Source of the DNA: Minisyncoccota bacterium
GTDB lineage: Bacteria; Patescibacteriota; Minisyncoccia; Phycocordibacterales; UBA9973
Direction of reading: 5' to 3'
DNA length: 64,000 bases
NCBI GenBank assembly: GCA_036517535.1
Contig: DATDVS010000028.1
Span: forward strand, 295 to 64,294
Part shown: piece after piece, positions 35,600 to 44,492 of the stretch
How the letters are laid out: each line of letters begins with the position of its first letter
How positions within the stretch are numbered: the first letter of the stretch is position 1
The notes under the pieces: model-generated
What the model was told of the DNA's origin: nothing
Database searches by the model: none
The model's input: the letters and a program-made list of their open reading frames with translations, nothing else
Program-made: the position numbers and the translations under genes

Positions 35600-37323
35600 C
35601 ACATTCGAATATCTCAGTGTCTACGACTTGCCAGAATTGTAAAAAAGATTTCACCATCGAGCCAGATGATTTCTCTTTTTACGAGAAAATAAAGGTCCCG
35701 CCACCGACCTTCTGTCCGGAATGCCGAAGGCAGAGACGGCTTGTTTGGCGGAACGAGCGAACGCTCTATAAAAGGAAGTGCGATTTATGCCAGAAAAACG
35801 TCATTGCGATGTACCATGAATCTGTACCATTTCCGGTGTATTGCCGGGAATGCTGGTATGGCGACGGCTGGGATCCAAAATCATACGCCCGGGAGTACAA
35901 CATGAATAAATCGTTTTTCGAACAATATCACGAATTATCTAATGTTGTCCCTAAACTCGCCCTTTGGCAGAGAAACTCCATAAACTCCGATTACTCGAAC
36001 TATGTTGGTGAGTCCAAAAATGTTTATCTCTCGGCTTCGGTGGTAAAAAATTCGGAAAACATTTTTTATTCAAAATCCATAGATGGATGCAGAGATATTG
36101 TAGATTGCTTTAATATTATCAATGGTTCAGAAAGTTTGTATGAAAATGTTGAAGCGCAAGGGAATTATGATTCGCAATATCTCCTGCTTTGCCGAAGTTG
36201 CCTAGATTCTTATTATTCGGTTGATTGTATAAATTGCAGCAATTGTTTTCTATCTCATAATTTACGCAATAAGAAATTTTGTATCCGCAATAAACAATAC
36301 ACCAAAGAAGATTATTTTAAAGAACTGGAAAAATTTAATTTAAAGAGTCGGACTTCGCGTCAAATTTTACTAAAAGAATTTGAAAAAATAAAAAAGCAGG
36401 CCATTTATCGTTTCGGTAACATAACCAAATGCGTGAATGTTACCGGAAATAATTTGTTAAATGTAAAGAATTCAAAAGATTGTTTTGAAATATACGATAC
36501 TGAAAATTCTAAGTATGGCTACAGAGCCTTTTCACTGAAGGATTGTATGGATTTTGATTACGGGGGTTGGTCCGAGCTTCTTTATGAATACACGACAGGC
36601 GCGCTCAATCACTACAATGTTCATTTTACTTATTCTGCTATGGAGTCGGTCAGAAATGCCGACTATACGGAGTGGTGCAGAAATTGTAGCAATATTTTCG
36701 GTTGCATTTCGCTTAACAATGCCAAGTATATGATTTTAAACAAAGTTTATCCGAAAGAAGAATACATGAAATTAAGAGAACAAATTATCAAACAAATGAG
36801 CGCCACTCTTTTTAAGGATAAAAAAGGGAGGGTTTATAAGTATGGTGAATTTTTCCCGATTGAGCTCTCTCCCTGGGCATACAATGAAACCTTGGCGCAG
36901 GAATTTCACCCCACAACGAAACAGAAGGCGGAAGAAAACGGTTATTCATGGCGAGAGCCAAGTAAAAAAAATTTTGAAATCACAACCCCAGCGGATAAAA
37001 TCCCAGACGACATAGATGATGTAGCTGAAGAAATTATGAGCAAAGTGCTGGGCTGCGCTCACTCGGGAAATTGCAATCATCAATGCACTTCCGCTTTCCG
37101 TATCACGGATTATGAATTGAAATTCTACAAGAAACATGATATTCCCTTGCCGGATAAATGCCCAAATTGCAGATACTATGAAAGAGTGGCAGTTATGCCT
37201 GGATTAAAGTTGTACAAAAGGGTTTGCATGAAATGCAAAGTAGTAGAATTTGAAACTGCGTATGCTCCAGACCGGCCAGAAAAGATTTACTGTGAATCTT
37301 GTTATAATAAAGAAATATACTGA
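35581..37323 (+). CDS. Cys-rich multi-zinc-ribbon protein, family member 3
   Basis: 580 aa paralog with intact second N-terminal ribbon (CDLCQK...VYCRECWYGDGWDP). Confidence 0.85.
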   Translation: MNSETKTHSNISVSTTCQNCKKDFTIEPDDFSFYEKIKVPPPTFCPECRRQRRLVWRNERTLYKRKCDLCQKNVIAMYHESVPFPVYCRECWYGDGWDPKSYAREYNMNKSFFEQYHELSNVVPKLALWQRNSINSDYSNYVGESKNVYLSASVVKNSENIFYSKSIDGCRDIVDCFNIINGSESLYENVEAQGNYDSQYLLLCRSCLDSYYSVDCINCSNCFLSHNLRNKKFCIRNKQYTKEDYFKELEKFNLKSRTSRQILLKEFEKIKKQAIYRFGNITKCVNVTGNNLLNVKNSKDCFEIYDTENSKYGYRAFSLKDCMDFDYGGWSELLYEYTTGALNHYNVHFTYSAMESVRNADYTEWCRNCSNIFGCISLNNAKYMILNKVYPKEEYMKLREQIIKQMSATLFKDKKGRVYKYGEFFPIELSPWAYNETLAQEFHPTTKQKAEENGYSWREPSKKNFEITTPADKIPDDIDDVAEEIMSKVLGCAHSGNCNHQCTSAFRITDYELKFYKKHDIPLPDKCPNCRYYERVAVMPGLKLYKRVCMKCKVVEFETAYAPDRPEKIYCESCYNKEIY

Positions 37324-37325
37324 TT

Positions 37326-37386
37326 AGTTATAAAGTAGAAAGTTCATAAAGTTATAAAGTAAATAAAATGAACTCTGAAACTAAAA
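37326..37386 (+). repeat. 61-bp perfect direct repeat, copy 2
   Basis: Identical to 35539-35599. Confidence 0.9.
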
Positions 37387-39059
37387 AATGTGAAAGCTGC
37401 AGTAAAGATTTCGTCATCGAACCAGACGATTTTGGGTTCTATGAGCAGATGAAGGTTCCGCCGCCAGTATGGTGTCCAGACTGTCGGAGACTGCGCCGCA
37501 TGGCTTGGTACGGTTATAGAATTTTATACAAGCGCAAGTGCGATTTTACCGGAGAAAATATAATCACATTTTATCATCCGGATTTGCCTTATAAAGTTTA
37601 CAAGCAGGACGTCTGGTGGAGTGATAAATGGGACCCAAAAAGCTATGGGAGGGAGTATGATTTTTCTCGGCCATTTTTCGAGCAATATAAAGAATTAATG
37701 GATGAAGTGCCCAAAGCATCACTCCACACGGAATATACCACTATGATCAATAGTGAATATTGCAATGCGGCCAGCTTTCAGAAAAACGGGTATCTTTGCT
37801 TTAAACATATTAAAGGCGAAGACGCTGCATATACCAATGTTGTTTTGAATATAACAAATTGTTTAGACGTGGCGTACTCGGTTGATCTAGATCTTTGTTA
37901 TGAAACGGTTGATGTAGGACATTGTTTCCAATCTTTTTTCGTGCAAGATTGTCATACCTCTCAAAATCTTTATTTTTGCCGAGATTTGGTGAATTGTAGT
38001 AATTGTATAGGTTGTACTTCTTTGCGTAATAAAAGTTATTGTATTTTTAATGAGCAGTTCACTAAAGAAGAATATGAAAAGAAAATGAAGGAATTCGATT
38101 TTGGGTCCATGGCAAATTTACAGAAATTCAAAACAAAAGCATACGAGTTTTCTTTAAAATTTCCGCGGCGAGCGTTAAGGGGCGTAAATAATGTAAATAC
38201 TTCCGGTGAATATGTATATAATTCAAAAAATACGCGTGATGTATACTATGTTTCCGATTCCGAGAATGTGCGGTATGCCCAATTGTTTATTAAAGGCGGG
38301 GCTCATAATTGCCATGATTTTACCGCCTTTGGAACGAGCTCAGAGTGGGTGTATGAAGCAACATGGACTGGATACAATACTTCAAATGTGAAATTTAGCG
38401 TCTGGAATTATCGCAACCACGACACCGAATATACTTTTGGCTGCCACGGTTCTGAATACTTATTTGGCTGCGTCGGATTAAACAAGGGTTCCTATTGTAT
38501 TTTCAATAAGCAATACACCAAGGAGGAATATTTCCCTATGGTAGAAAAAATAAAAAAACAAATGGCTGAAATGCCGTTCGTAGACAGGAGGGGACTGAAG
38601 CACGGCTACGGCAGTCAAATCCCCATTGACTTATGCCCTTGGGCTTATAATGAAACTACCGCTTATGAATTTTTCCCGATAACTAAGGCAGAAGCCCTCT
38701 CCAAAGGCTTTACTTGGCGCGATGCAGACGAAAAAGAATATCTGCCTGCTAGTATGCTAGTACCAGATCATATCAAAGACGTGACGGACGAGGTACTGAA
38801 AGCCGTTTTGAAATGCGAGGCTTGCGGCAAAAATTATCAGATTATCCAAAAAGAACTACAATTCTTACGCCGGTCTAATCTGCCTATCCCGCGACATTGC
38901 CCGCTCTGCCGCGACCGTGCCCGCATCAAGCAAATGAATCCGATGGAGATGTATGACCGCAATTGTGATAAATGCAAAGCCAAAATTCAAACTTCTTACG
39001 CCCCGGACCGCCCGGAGATTGTGTATTGCGAAGATTGCTATAAACAGGAAGTGTACTAG
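37368..39059 (+). CDS. Cys-rich multi-zinc-ribbon protein, family member 4
   Basis: 563 aa paralog. Ends ...RPEIVYCEDCYKQEVY. Confidence 0.85.
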   Translation: MNSETKKCESCSKDFVIEPDDFGFYEQMKVPPPVWCPDCRRLRRMAWYGYRILYKRKCDFTGENIITFYHPDLPYKVYKQDVWWSDKWDPKSYGREYDFSRPFFEQYKELMDEVPKASLHTEYTTMINSEYCNAASFQKNGYLCFKHIKGEDAAYTNVVLNITNCLDVAYSVDLDLCYETVDVGHCFQSFFVQDCHTSQNLYFCRDLVNCSNCIGCTSLRNKSYCIFNEQFTKEEYEKKMKEFDFGSMANLQKFKTKAYEFSLKFPRRALRGVNNVNTSGEYVYNSKNTRDVYYVSDSENVRYAQLFIKGGAHNCHDFTAFGTSSEWVYEATWTGYNTSNVKFSVWNYRNHDTEYTFGCHGSEYLFGCVGLNKGSYCIFNKQYTKEEYFPMVEKIKKQMAEMPFVDRRGLKHGYGSQIPIDLCPWAYNETTAYEFFPITKAEALSKGFTWRDADEKEYLPASMLVPDHIKDVTDEVLKAVLKCEACGKNYQIIQKELQFLRRSNLPIPRHCPLCRDRARIKQMNPMEMYDRNCDKCKAKIQTSYAPDRPEIVYCEDCYKQEVY

Positions 39060-39103
39060 ATCAAGGTGTATAACTTTCTAGCATATGCTGAAATCTTATA
39101 CAC

Positions 39104-39628
39104 CTAGACCTTCATCGCTTTCAGAAACGAAAATTTTGTCTCTTCGTCGAGTTTGTCGGTAACGATGATCATGAGCTCGGTGGCGAGGCCGAGGTCTTTT
39201 TTGATATTAATGAAAAGGTTCTCATAAGGGAGAGGGGAGATCCAGACGGTATTTTTTATACAGACAAAATTTGCTTTCTTCAGGAGGTAGCGCAGGCTCT
39301 CACGCTCGGCTTTGCGCTCTTCCGGCAGATCCAAAATAATTATTCGCCACTGGCCGTCCCAAGAAGTATTTACGAGAGTGGTGTCGTTATCTAACTGCAA
39401 ACTATGCACTTTTTTCCTACCTTCTTTCGTCAGTCGAGCATACTGATTTTGTGTCGTGGAAATTTGTTCAATGAGCCCTGCTTCCCGCAGGCCTTTTAGA
39501 GAGCGAGTTACTGCGTATTTGTCATTCAATACAGAGGCAACGCCTCCGTATAGCTCCGGCAGGGAAATAGCTTTTTTTTGGTCTAGAATCTTTAATATTT
39601 TTCTAGAATAGTCCTTTTTGCTTGACAT
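39104..39628 (-). CDS. winged-helix regulator with a PaaX-C/Cas2-like C-terminal domain
   Basis: 174 aa. N-terminal wHTH-like region. C-terminal WDGQWRIIILDLPEERKAERESLRYLLKKANFVCIKNTVWISP matches the PaaX C-terminal / Cas2-fold pattern. Confidence 0.55.
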   Translation of the reverse strand: MSSKKDYSRKILKILDQKKAISLPELYGGVASVLNDKYAVTRSLKGLREAGLIEQISTTQNQYARLTKEGRKKVHSLQLDNDTTLVNTSWDGQWRIIILDLPEERKAERESLRYLLKKANFVCIKNTVWISPLPYENLFINIKKDLGLATELMIIVTDKLDEETKFSFLKAMKV

Positions 39629-39665
39629 ACTTATAGCCTATCATATATACTGATTTATACAAGTT

Positions 39666-39681
39666 TTTCGCGACCGCGAAA
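39666..39681. promoter_or_regulatory. inverted repeat in the regulator/dnaK divergent intergenic region
   Basis: TTTCGCG-AC-CGCGAAA, followed by ATGCAT. Confidence 0.35.
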
Positions 39682-39699
39682 TGCATGTAAAACAGGTCT

Positions 39700-39734
39700 A
39701 ACTTTATAAACTTTATAACTTTTAACTTTATAAC
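39700..39734. repeat. intergenic motif block, reverse orientation, directly upstream of dnaK
   Basis: AACTTTATAAACTTTATAACTTTTAACTTTATAAC, then the ATG. Confidence 0.7.
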
Positions 39735-41642
39735 ATGAGTAAGATAATTGGTATAGATTTGGGGACAACAAACTCGGCAATAGCTGTCATTGAAGGTGGT
39801 GCACCGAAGATTATTGAAAATTCAGAAGGTGCCCGCACCACGCCTTCAGTCGTGGCTGTGGCGAAAAATGGCGACCGCCTGGTGGGCTTGCTCGCCAAGA
39901 GGCAGGCAGTCACTAATCCGGAGAATACTATTTACGGCATCAAGCGCTTCATGGGTCACAATTTTGACGATCCGGAAGTGCAGAAGGATTTAAAGACTGC
40001 ATCTTTCAAGGTGCAAAAAGCAGCGAATGGCGGAGTAGAAGTAAAGATTGGCGATAAATGGATGCGCCCGGAAGAAATTTCCGCGATGATCCTGTCTAAA
40101 ATAAAAGCAGATGTGGAAGCCAAGCTGGGAGAAAAGATTACCGAAGCGGTCATCACCGTGCCGGCATATTTCAACGATGCGCAAAGAAAAGCGACAAAGG
40201 ACGCGGGGCAGATCGCGGGCCTGGATGTAAAGCGAATTATCAACGAGCCGACAGCTGCCGCTTTGGCATACGGATTTAATAAAAAGAAAAATGAAAAGAT
40301 TGTGGTCTACGATTTCGGTGGTGGAACTTTCGATGTGTCCGTGCTCGAGATAGGGGATGATGTCATCGAGGTGAAGTCTACAGATGGCGACAGCCACTTG
40401 GGCGGACGCGATATCGACCAGAAGATCATGAACTGGATCGCCGAGGAATACAAGAAGACTTCCGGGGTGGATGTGCGTTCCGATAAATTGGCCCTCCAGC
40501 GCTTGGATGAGGCGGCTGAGAAAGCCAAAATAGAGCTCTCTACCGCGGTAGAGACAGAGATCAATATTCCATTTATTACCTCTACAGCCGAGGGCCCTCA
40601 GCACCTCCTGCTAAAAATGACCCGCGCTCAATTGGAATCACTGGCAGATGAGTACATTACTCGCTCCATAGACATCGCCAAGCGCGCGATGGCGGCCTCC
40701 GGTTTCAAAATCGAAGATATGCATGAGGTTGTGATGGTGGGCGGACAGACGCGCATGCCGAAGATTGTGGAGGAAGTGAAGAAGTTTTTTGGCAAGACTC
40801 CGAACTTGAGTATTAATCCAGATGAAGTGGTAGCTCTCGGCGCTGCGGTGCAGGCCGGAGTATTGCAGGGGGACGTACGCGACGTATTACTCCTCGACGT
40901 TATCCCGCTTTCGCTCGGTATCGAGACCTTGGGCGGGGTGGCTACTAAATTGATCGAGAGAAACACGACTATCCCTTCTAACAAATCCCAAGTATTCTCT
41001 ACTGCGGCGGACAATCAAACCTCGGTGGAAATTCATATCGTCCAGGGTGAGCGCCCGATGGCCTCCGACAATAAGTCTCTGGGCCGATTTATCCTCGACG
41101 GCATCCCACCATCACCGCGTGGTATGCCCCAGGTGGAAGTGTCCTTCGATGTGGATGCCAATGGGATACTCAACGTGACAGCGAAAGATAAAGCTTCCGG
41201 CAAGACTCAATCCATCAAGATTGAAGCAAGCTCGGGCCTCAAAGAAGATGAAATAAAGAAAATGCAGCAAGATGCGGAAATTCACGCGGAGGAAGATAAA
41301 AAAAAGAAGGATACAGTTGAAGTTAGAAATACTGCTGAAATGATAATTTATACGGCTGAAAAGGGGCTCAAAGACGCGGGTGATAAAGTCCCGGCCGAGG
41401 TGAAGAGCGGAGTGGAAGCGAAAATTTCCGCCCTTAGAGCTCTAAAGGACGGCACGGATGTGGACGCGATCAAAAAAGCAACCGAGGAACTCTCAAACGA
41501 AATGTCGAAAATTGGGGAGGCGATGAGTAAGGCCGGTCCTTCGTCGAGCTCAGGATCTACGACGCCCGAAGAGCAGCCTGCGGAAGTTACAGACGTAGAA
41601 CACGAAGAAAAGCCAAAAGAGAAAGGAGAGGAGGAGAAATAA
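39735..41642 (+). CDS. dnaK: molecular chaperone DnaK (Hsp70)
   Basis: 635 aa. [18 protein letters not shown] and the canonical substrate-binding domain. Confidence 0.97.
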   Translation: MSKIIGIDLGTTNSAIAVIEGGAPKIIENSEGARTTPSVVAVAKNGDRLVGLLAKRQAVTNPENTIYGIKRFMGHNFDDPEVQKDLKTASFKVQKAANGGVEVKIGDKWMRPEEISAMILSKIKADVEAKLGEKITEAVITVPAYFNDAQRKATKDAGQIAGLDVKRIINEPTAAALAYGFNKKKNEKIVVYDFGGGTFDVSVLEIGDDVIEVKSTDGDSHLGGRDIDQKIMNWIAEEYKKTSGVDVRSDKLALQRLDEAAEKAKIELSTAVETEINIPFITSTAEGPQHLLLKMTRAQLESLADEYITRSIDIAKRAMAASGFKIEDMHEVVMVGGQTRMPKIVEEVKKFFGKTPNLSINPDEVVALGAAVQAGVLQGDVRDVLLLDVIPLSLGIETLGGVATKLIERNTTIPSNKSQVFSTAADNQTSVEIHIVQGERPMASDNKSLGRFILDGIPPSPRGMPQVEVSFDVDANGILNVTAKDKASGKTQSIKIEASSGLKEDEIKKMQQDAEIHAEEDKKKKDTVEVRNTAEMIIYTAEKGLKDAGDKVPAEVKSGVEAKISALRALKDGTDVDAIKKATEELSNEMSKIGEAMSKAGPSSSSGSTTPEEQPAEVTDVEHEEKPKEKGEEEK

Positions 41643-41728
41643 TTTTCCACAGGTTTGCTTGTGAGCGAATTAAAATAATATTAAGATTGATAGATGGCCG
41701 ATATTAGTAATTAATAATTATTATAATT

Positions 41729-41908
41729 ATGGATAACAATAATTCTTCAGGTACAAACACCATCCTTATCGTAGTTGTTCTCGTCATCATTGTTGGTTTG
41801 GCAGTCTGGTGGTTTACTGCTAGAAACAATACTAATGACACATCAGGCGTCGATGTAAATGTTACCCTGCCAACAGGAGATGATTCTTCTGGAGGCGCAA
41901 CTCAGTAG
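41729..41908 (+). CDS. small membrane protein (59 aa)
   Basis: Not in the ORF track. MDNNNSSGTNTILIVVVLVIIVGLAVWWFTARNN... has one TM helix. A strong terminator follows. Confidence 0.45.
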   Translation: MDNNNSSGTNTILIVVVLVIIVGLAVWWFTARNNTNDTSGVDVNVTLPTGDDSSGGATQ

Positions 41909-41930
41909 AATTTGAATTAAATAGAAAATA

Positions 41931-41966
41931 AGCAAAAAAGCCCTTGCAATATAGGGCTTTTTTGCT
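41931..41966. terminator. bidirectional rho-independent terminator
   Basis: AGCAAAAAAGCCCT-TGCAATAT-AGGGCTTTTTTGCT, a perfect 14-bp stem. Confidence 0.75.
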
Positions 41967-41994
41967 TGACTTTTACATAAAAATGTGATACACT
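41966..41994 (+). promoter_or_regulatory. sigma70-type promoter with an extended -10
   Basis: TTGACT, 17 nt between hexamers, TGaTACACT. Confidence 0.55.
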
Positions 41995-42070
41995 TGCATT
42001 GTTATCAGGATTGAACCCCTGGTAATCTCTACGAAAAGTTTCGTGGAGTTTGTACATCGAAGGAAGCCAC

Positions 42071-42274
42071 ATGGAAGTCAAGCGACAGGGTGAAATCGCC
42101 TTCTTGCTTTTGAAACATCGCATTCGAAGGGAAGGAGCGACGATCTCGCAGAACGACGCGCGAGAGCTGGGAGACACCGCAAAAGCAATTGGTGTTCCAT
42201 TAGAGGAGCTCAAAGAGTTCGTCAGGCCCCTGCTGCACGACCTCGTCGATGAGTTCCTGTCCACCAAGAAGTAA
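42071..42274 (+). CDS. small hypothetical protein (67 aa)
   Basis: Start taken at Met 8 of ORF 42050-42274, preceded by AAGGAAG 5 nt upstream. Helical-looking sequence with no motif recognised. Confidence 0.45.
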   Translation: MEVKRQGEIAFLLLKHRIRREGATISQNDARELGDTAKAIGVPLEELKEFVRPLLHDLVDEFLSTKK

Positions 42275-42276
42275 TC

Positions 42277-42374
42277 TTGGAAAACTAGGGTGGAGCTTCG
42301 GCTCCCTAAAAGGGTAATTGCATCCCTCGCTTCGGCGAACAGATGCAGAACAAGAACCTAACCCCGTTTTCCAA
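42277..42374 (+). ncRNA. candidate structured RNA (three-way junction), class unknown
   Basis: Closing helix TTGGAAAAC/GTTTTCCAA plus GGGT/ACCC. Hairpin GGAGC-UUCG-GCUCC. Hairpin TGCATC..TCGC-UUCG-GCGA..GATGCA. Confidence 0.4.
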
Positions 42375-42381
42375 AACACAC

Positions 42382-42424
42382 CGGACTGGTTCAGCGCTTG
42401 CGCTGGGCCGGTCCGTTTCTACTT
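42382..42424 (+). terminator. GC-rich hairpin plus T-rich tail
   Basis: CGGACTGG-tt-CAGCG-CTTG-CGCTG-gg-CCGGTCCG, followed by TTTCTACTTTT. Confidence 0.6.
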
Positions 42425-42448
42425 TTACTTCAAAAATTTATAAATAAA

Positions 42449-42457
42449 TGATACAAT
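42449..42457 (+). promoter_or_regulatory. extended -10 element (TGaTACAAT)
   Basis: Lies 9 nt upstream of the ATG at 42467. Confidence 0.45.
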
Positions 42458-42466
42458 ACTACAAAT

Positions 42467-44491
42467 ATGGAGCTCCCGGCATTGCCTATAAATAGGGATA
42501 TTACTTACCTCGGTTTTACCACTTACCGCGACAAGAACCAGCTTTTCGGCATAAAGCGCAAGGATAGGCGCCAGCATGTTTATATTCTCGGAAAGTCCGG
42601 TACCGGTAAATCCGTCCTGATGTTCAACATGATTATCCAGAATATCCTGAACGGCGAGGGCGTGTGCGTGGTGGACCCGCACGGCGAGCTCGTCGAGGGC
42701 GTGCTCTCTGCTATCCCGCCGCATCGCATGAAGGACGTGATTTATTTCAATCCAGCCGATACGGAATACCACATCGGCTTTAACGTCCTCGAATTGATCG
42801 ACCCGAAGTACAAGCACCTGGTGGCCTCGGGGCTCATGGGCATATTTACGAAAATTTGGGCCAACGCCTGGTCGGCCCGTATGGAATATATTTTAAATAA
42901 CTGCATTCTCGCCCTCCTCGACACCCCAGGCACCACGCTCCTCGGCATCCCCCGCATGCTGGTGGACAAGGATTACCGCCAGAAAATAATTTCTAATTTA
43001 AAAGACCCGGTGATCAAGGCTTTCTGGGTCCACGAGTACGAGGCCTGGCAGGATAAATTCAGAAACGAAGCCATCGCGCCGATTCAAAACAAGGTCGGGC
43101 AATTCCTTTCTACCTCAATCATCCGCAACGTCGTTGGCCAGTCGAAAAGCACCATCAACATTTTTGACATAATGAACGAGGGCAAGATTTTCCTCATAAA
43201 CGTTTCCAAAGGACGCATCGGCGAGGACAACTCGGCCCTACTCGGAGGCATGATCATTACCAAGATCCAGCTTGCCGCCATGGAGCGCGTGCGCATACCG
43301 GAGGAGGACCGTCGGGACTTTTATTTATACGTCGACGAATTCCAAAACTTCGTTACCGATGCCTTCGCTGGCATCCTCTCGGAGGCCCGAAAATATCGCC
43401 TGAACCTCACCGTGGCGCACCAGTATACTGCTCAGCTTGTCTCGGACAAGAGCTCGGCCGTGCGCGATGCCGTATTCGGCAACGTGGGTACGATGATCGT
43501 TTTTCGCGTAGGCGCGGACGACGCTGATTTCCTAGAAAAAGAATTTGAACCGGAGTTTACTCCGCAGGACATCGTGAACCTGCCGAACTACAAGATATAC
43601 CTGAAGCTCATGATCGACGGAGTGACCTCGCGGCCTTTTTCCGCCAAGACTTTGCCGCCGATACTAAAGCCGAACGAAAAACACATCGAAGAAGAAGTCA
43701 TCCGTTCTTCTCGGGCGCTCTACTGTAAATCCAAAGAAGTAGCCGAGCGGGAGATCAACGACTGGAGCGGGATGTCGCTCGGCGAGGATAATGCCGTCGG
43801 CAATATTGAGAGATTCGATGCGATATGTTCGGTTTGCCGCAAGCCGACCACGGTGCCTTTCAAGCCCGAGCCCGGCCGGCCGGTGTATTGCAAGGACTGC
43901 ATAGCCAAGATGAAGTCCGGCGAGATAAAGCCGATAGAAGGCTCCATGAATCAAATCAAGCGCGATGAAACTAAATTTTACAAGCCGCTTGCCGATCTGG
44001 GCATCGAATTTCAGCAAAAAGCGCCGGAGAGGGAAGGCGAGAATAGAAAGGCTTTCAAGCCCAGAGAAAACAGAGAGAATTTCGCCTTAAAAGAAGTTCT
44101 CAAAAAAACTCTCGGCACGGCCTCTGTTCCCGTGGAGCCAGTTGCCCCCACCCCGCCTCCCGCAATTTCACTTGATTCGCTTAAATCTAAAATGAATCCT
44201 TCGCAAAGCTCAGGACCAAAGGACCGCGGAGCCAGCCATGCGGACATGGATAAGCTGAAGAATTTTATTGAAGAGAAAGTTATCGAACCCGAGAAAGCTA
44301 CGCCGGAGCAGCAAAATTCCTCGCGCTTTACCCGTCAAAATCCGCCGGGCTCCGACGCGACTCAGAATTCTGCTGCTCCGGCTCCGCGACCCGATTCACC
44401 ACCCAAGCCTAACCCTTCGACAGACTCAGGGTCTTCGGCTAATAAGCCTCGGGAAGTTCCGGAGGACGTGCTAAGAAAAATTCTAGAATAA
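42467..44491 (+). CDS. TraD/TrwB/VirD4-like (type IV coupling-protein-type) P-loop NTPase, no TM segment, C-terminal zinc ribbon and Pro-rich tail
   Basis: 674 aa. Walker A ILGKSGTGKS, VVDPHGE, Walker [12 protein letters not shown], and AHQY. Ribbon CSVCRKPTTVPFKPEPGRPVYCKDC at nt 43826-43900. Confidence 0.75.
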   Translation: MELPALPINRDITYLGFTTYRDKNQLFGIKRKDRRQHVYILGKSGTGKSVLMFNMIIQNILNGEGVCVVDPHGELVEGVLSAIPPHRMKDVIYFNPADTEYHIGFNVLELIDPKYKHLVASGLMGIFTKIWANAWSARMEYILNNCILALLDTPGTTLLGIPRMLVDKDYRQKIISNLKDPVIKAFWVHEYEAWQDKFRNEAIAPIQNKVGQFLSTSIIRNVVGQSKSTINIFDIMNEGKIFLINVSKGRIGEDNSALLGGMIITKIQLAAMERVRIPEEDRRDFYLYVDEFQNFVTDAFAGILSEARKYRLNLTVAHQYTAQLVSDKSSAVRDAVFGNVGTMIVFRVGADDADFLEKEFEPEFTPQDIVNLPNYKIYLKLMIDGVTSRPFSAKTLPPILKPNEKHIEEEVIRSSRALYCKSKEVAEREINDWSGMSLGEDNAVGNIERFDAICSVCRKPTTVPFKPEPGRPVYCKDCIAKMKSGEIKPIEGSMNQIKRDETKFYKPLADLGIEFQQKAPEREGENRKAFKPRENRENFALKEVLKKTLGTASVPVEPVAPTPPPAISLDSLKSKMNPSQSSGPKDRGASHADMDKLKNFIEEKVIEPEKATPEQQNSSRFTRQNPPGSDATQNSAAPAPRPDSPPKPNPSTDSGSSANKPREVPEDVLRKILE

Positions 44492-44492
44492 A

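Noticed and set aside
39629-39734. CIRCE heat-shock operator upstream of dnaK, grpE or dnaJ.
   Set aside because: The TTAGCACTC-N9-GAGTGCTAA pattern is absent from all three upstream regions.
42015-42040. GGATTGAACCCCTGG resembled a tRNA T-arm on the minus strand.
   Set aside because: No acceptor, D or anticodon arms can be built around it. It lies in the 5' UTR of the small ORF.
42277-42374. The three-way junction might be a hammerhead ribozyme, a tRNA-like element or a guanidine/ykkC-type riboswitch (it contains CTAGGGT).
   Set aside because: There is no CUGAUGA/GAAA hammerhead core and no T-loop or anticodon-like arm. Beyond CTAGGG, I could not align the conserved ykkC segments from memory. 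It is kept only as an unclassified candidate.
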